A DNA stretch of 32,000 nucleotides from Shewanellaceae bacterium UBA2521 (GTDB lineage: Bacteria > Pseudomonadota > Gammaproteobacteria > Enterobacterales > Shewanellaceae), in NCBI GenBank assembly GCA_002341165.1, contig DDNL01000049.1:10891-42890 (forward strand). Reading direction: 5' to 3'. The position numbers and the translations under genes were made by a program. A model generated the notes under the pieces. The model did not search any database and had not been told where the DNA came from. It worked only from the letters and a program-made list of their open reading frames with translations. Below, one piece after another: positions 29,279 through 32,000 of this stretch (positions are counted from its first letter, which is position 1; every line of letters starts with the position of its first letter).

Positions 29279-30580
29279 TCAACTCATTGTATCCGAAAAG
29301 TAAACAAATTGCTCTAATTCACGGTTTGTTTCTTTTAAAAGTCGCTGCCAGTTGATATGTGAAACTTCTATATGTAGCAAGCATTGGCCTTGCTCATCAA
29401 ACTCATGGCTCATGATATCTGTATGATCAAAGAGAAGCCCGAGATAACGGCCCTGCTGGCTAGGCACTTTAAGATGGAACACTAACGTTTTAATCGCTAG
29501 CTTTCGCAAAATTGCATGCTTAACCTGCTCAAGGTCCTCTAACCTTTTGGCTGATGTCCAAATTTTCTCAGGGATACCTTGATCGTTATACTCAGTATGA
29601 GCTTGACCACCTTCTATCAGATCAATCTTGTTATAAACGACTAAACAAGGTAAATCTTGTGCGCCCAATTGCGTCAACACATCTTGTACTGTATCCATAT
29701 TCTCACACATATGTGGATCAGAACAATCAACAACATGGAGTAATAAATCAGCCTCTTGAGTCTCTTGTAACGTTGCTTTAAACGACACCACGAGATCATG
29801 GGGCAAATGTCGAATAAAGCCAACTGTATCGGCTAAAATACACCTTTGAGTTTCTGTTAAATCTATTTTTCGCAACGTAGGGTCTAATGTAGCAAAGAGT
29901 TGATCTTGCACATAAACATGAGACTCAGTCATTTTATTAAAAAGTGTCGATTTACCTGCATTGGTATAACCAACTAAAGCAACTGTAGGCACATCACTGC
30001 GCGTACGAGATCGTCTTGTTTGCACTCTTTGCTTCTCTACTTTGGCTAAACGACGTTCAATCGCTTTGATGCGTTGGCTTAATAAACGCTTATCTGTTTC
30101 AAGCTGCTTCTCACCAGGACCTCTTAAGCCAATGCCACCTTTTTGTCGCTCTAAGTGCGTCCAACCTCTTACGAGACGTGTCGATAAATGCTTTAACTGT
30201 GCCAGCTCAACTTGAAGTTTACCTTCATGTGTACGAGCACGTTGTGCAAAAATATCTAAAATCAACGTGGTTCGATCAAAAACACGACATTGACAAAGCT
30301 TTTCTAAGTCTCGTTCCTGAGCAGGAGTCAAACTATGATTAAAGATGACGACCTCCGCGCCCACATCTTTAACCATTTGTGCAATTTCTTCTGCCTTACC
30401 CGTACCTACAAAGTATTTCGAATGCGGCTTTTTTCTATTAGAGTGGATAAGTCCCTTAGATTTTAAATTAGCCGAATATACCAATTGCTCAAATTCATCT
30501 ACATCATTTTGATTCATATCACCATGAAAATCGATGTGAACTAGAACTGCAATTTCTCCAGCATCATAGCGATCAAACAA
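29279..30580 (-). CDS. hflX: Ribosome-associated GTPase HflX
   Basis: LVRGWTHLERQKGGIGLRGPGEKQLETDKR; VALVGYTNAGKSTLFN; DTVGFIRHLPHDLV. Confidence 0.97.
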   Translation of the reverse strand: MFDRYDAGEIAVLVHIDFHGDMNQNDVDEFEQLVYSANLKSKGLIHSNRKKPHSKYFVGTGKAEEIAQMVKDVGAEVVIFNHSLTPAQERDLEKLCQCRVFDRTTLILDIFAQRARTHEGKLQVELAQLKHLSTRLVRGWTHLERQKGGIGLRGPGEKQLETDKRLLSQRIKAIERRLAKVEKQRVQTRRSRTRSDVPTVALVGYTNAGKSTLFNKMTESHVYVQDQLFATLDPTLRKIDLTETQRCILADTVGFIRHLPHDLVVSFKATLQETQEADLLLHVVDCSDPHMCENMDTVQDVLTQLGAQDLPCLVVYNKIDLIEGGQAHTEYNDQGIPEKIWTSAKRLEDLEQVKHAILRKLAIKTLVFHLKVPSQQGRYLGLLFDHTDIMSHEFDEQGQCLLHIEVSHINWQRLLKETNRELEQFVYFSDTMS

Positions 30581-30590
30581 ACCTTAGCTC

Positions 30591-30857
30591 CTACAAAGGC
30601 TGCTCTACGTCATCATCTGACGGAAATGAGCCTTGATTAGAAAAAGATGTATTCACTGAACGATTTGGCACTACCGTTGAGATAGCATGTTTATATACCA
30701 TCTGGCTGACTGCATTTTTCAATAAAATGACAAATTGATCAAATGACTCAATTTCCCCTTGTAATTTAATACCGTTTACTAAATAAATAGAAACAGGTGT
30801 TTTTTCTTTTCTTAATGTATTCAAGAACGGATCTTGTAAAGATTGCCCTTTAGCCAT
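30591..30857 (-). CDS. hfq: RNA chaperone Hfq
   Basis: [66 protein letters not shown]. Confidence 0.99.
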   Translation of the reverse strand: MAKGQSLQDPFLNTLRKEKTPVSIYLVNGIKLQGEIESFDQFVILLKNAVSQMVYKHAISTVVPNRSVNTSFSNQGSFPSDDDVEQPL

Positions 30858-30924
30858 AATATAAAATTCCTTAACTCAAAAATAAACTGTTTATCTTGTC
30901 TATGATACCGTTTAAACACCAGAC

Positions 30925-30944
30925 AGTATACTAGAACTGTTCTA
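30925..30944 (-). promoter_or_regulatory. Candidate -10 (TATACT) next to a palindrome, possible hfq promoter/operator
   Basis: Minus strand TAGAAC-A-GTTCTA (30932-30944) immediately followed by G and TATACT (30925-30930). Confidence 0.3.
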
Positions 30945-31848
30945 ATATTCTCTTAAGATTTTGCTCTGATCCCATATCGAGTTCATGCAAGTTATTCCAA
31001 CTTCTCAGCCACGTTAATTGACGCTTAGCTAACTGTCGTGTTGCAGCTAAACTTTTAGCTACCATTTCATCATAATCAAACTCTCCTTGTAAGTACTGCC
31101 AACATTGTCTGTAACCAACGCAGCGCATCGAAGGCAAATCTAAATGCAAATTAGGGTTTTGCATCAGATCATGCACTTCATCAATAAATCCTTCGTTTAA
31201 CATTTCGTGAAACCGTAACGCAATATGATCGTGTAATATACTGCGCTGATTAGGAAATAATGCAAACTGTAAACATGAATAAGGCAAAGCTTCAGGCTTT
31301 TGAGCTGTAAGTTGTGTAAGCGTTTCACCACTCAAGCGAAATACTTCTATAGCTCGAGTTAAACGTTGTGGATCATGCGGATGAATCCGTTGTGCAGATT
31401 CGGGATCAATGCGCTCTAACTCTTCATGTAGACGCTCCCAGCCCTGTTCCTGAGCCTGAATTAAAATATCTTTTCTGATGCCTTCATCCGCTTCAGGTAA
31501 AGGGGATAAACCTTCAATTAAAGCTTTGAAGTACATCATAGTTCCCCCTACTAAAAGAGGAATACGCTGACGCGCAATAATATCATCGATATGGTGCAAT
31601 GCATCTTGACGAAACTGAGCCACAGAGTAACTCTTTTCGGGACTCAAAATATCTATGAGATGGTGCGGTGCAGCTTGTAGTTCTTCGGCTGTCGGTTTCG
31701 CGGTACCAATATCCATACCGCGATAAATCATAGCTGAATCAACTGATATAATCTCACAAGGTAAATGCTCAAGCAGAGACATAGCTAAAGCTGTTTTTCC
31801 TGAAGCAGTAGGCCCCATAAGACATATGATTTTAGGTTGTGTCGTCAC
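30931..31848 (-). CDS. miaA: tRNA dimethylallyltransferase MiaA
   Basis: [18 protein letters not shown]; [18 protein letters not shown]; [19 protein letters not shown]; [15 protein letters not shown]. Confidence 0.98.
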   Translation of the reverse strand: MTTQPKIICLMGPTASGKTALAMSLLEHLPCEIISVDSAMIYRGMDIGTAKPTAEELQAAPHHLIDILSPEKSYSVAQFRQDALHHIDDIIARQRIPLLVGGTMMYFKALIEGLSPLPEADEGIRKDILIQAQEQGWERLHEELERIDPESAQRIHPHDPQRLTRAIEVFRLSGETLTQLTAQKPEALPYSCLQFALFPNQRSILHDHIALRFHEMLNEGFIDEVHDLMQNPNLHLDLPSMRCVGYRQCWQYLQGEFDYDEMVAKSLAATRQLAKRQLTWLRSWNNLHELDMGSEQNLKRILEQF

Positions 31849-31864
31849 AAGTTCAATCTTCTTT

Positions 31865-32000
31865 TTATTTTATAAAATTACACCAAGGTATATGAAACCC
31901 TGCAGCAAGGCGTTGATCTAAAGTTTCTGCAGGCAAATTCAACCAGCGTTGCCAAATAGAGCTCACATCGCTCACATACTGACTTAGTATAGACACAAAA
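31865..32000 (-). CDS. C-terminal fragment of an unidentified protein, 5' part beyond the window
   Basis: Open minus-strand frame from the edge to TAA at 31865-31867: [44 protein letters not shown]. Only 45 codons, no recognised motif. Confidence 0.35.
   Translation of the reverse strand, partial: FVSILSQYVSDVSSIWQRWLNLPAETLDQRLAAGFHIPWCNFIK

Overview
AT-rich gammaproteobacterial chromosome segment. Every gene I can support is on the minus strand. Left to right it holds a Vibrio/Pseudomonas-like polar flagellar cluster: flhA (partial), flhB, fliR-Q-P-O-N-M-L-K, fliJ-I-H-G-F-E, flrC, flrB, an arginase/agmatinase-superfamily gene, and flrA. This runs straight into a conserved housekeeping block: rlmB, rnr, motX, purA, hflC, hflK, hflX, hfq, miaA. 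A short unidentified partial ORF closes the right edge. There is no phage, CRISPR, transposon, defence, rRNA or tRNA signal, and I do not see a new multi-gene system. The items most worth a second look are: (1) a set of sigma-54-type promoters (GG-N10-GC) placed just downstream of the preceding stop codon before flrB, fliE, fliK and flhA; (2) a ureohydrolase-family gene inserted between flrA and flrBC; (3) an FlrA/FleQ homologue lacking the LFRS c-di-GMP-binding motif; (4) a MotX-like Sel1-repeat protein between purA and rnr, suggesting a sodium-driven polar flagellum; (5) an unusually long FliK; (6) a large hflC-purA intergenic region with a strong hairpin and a possible plus-strand small RNA.
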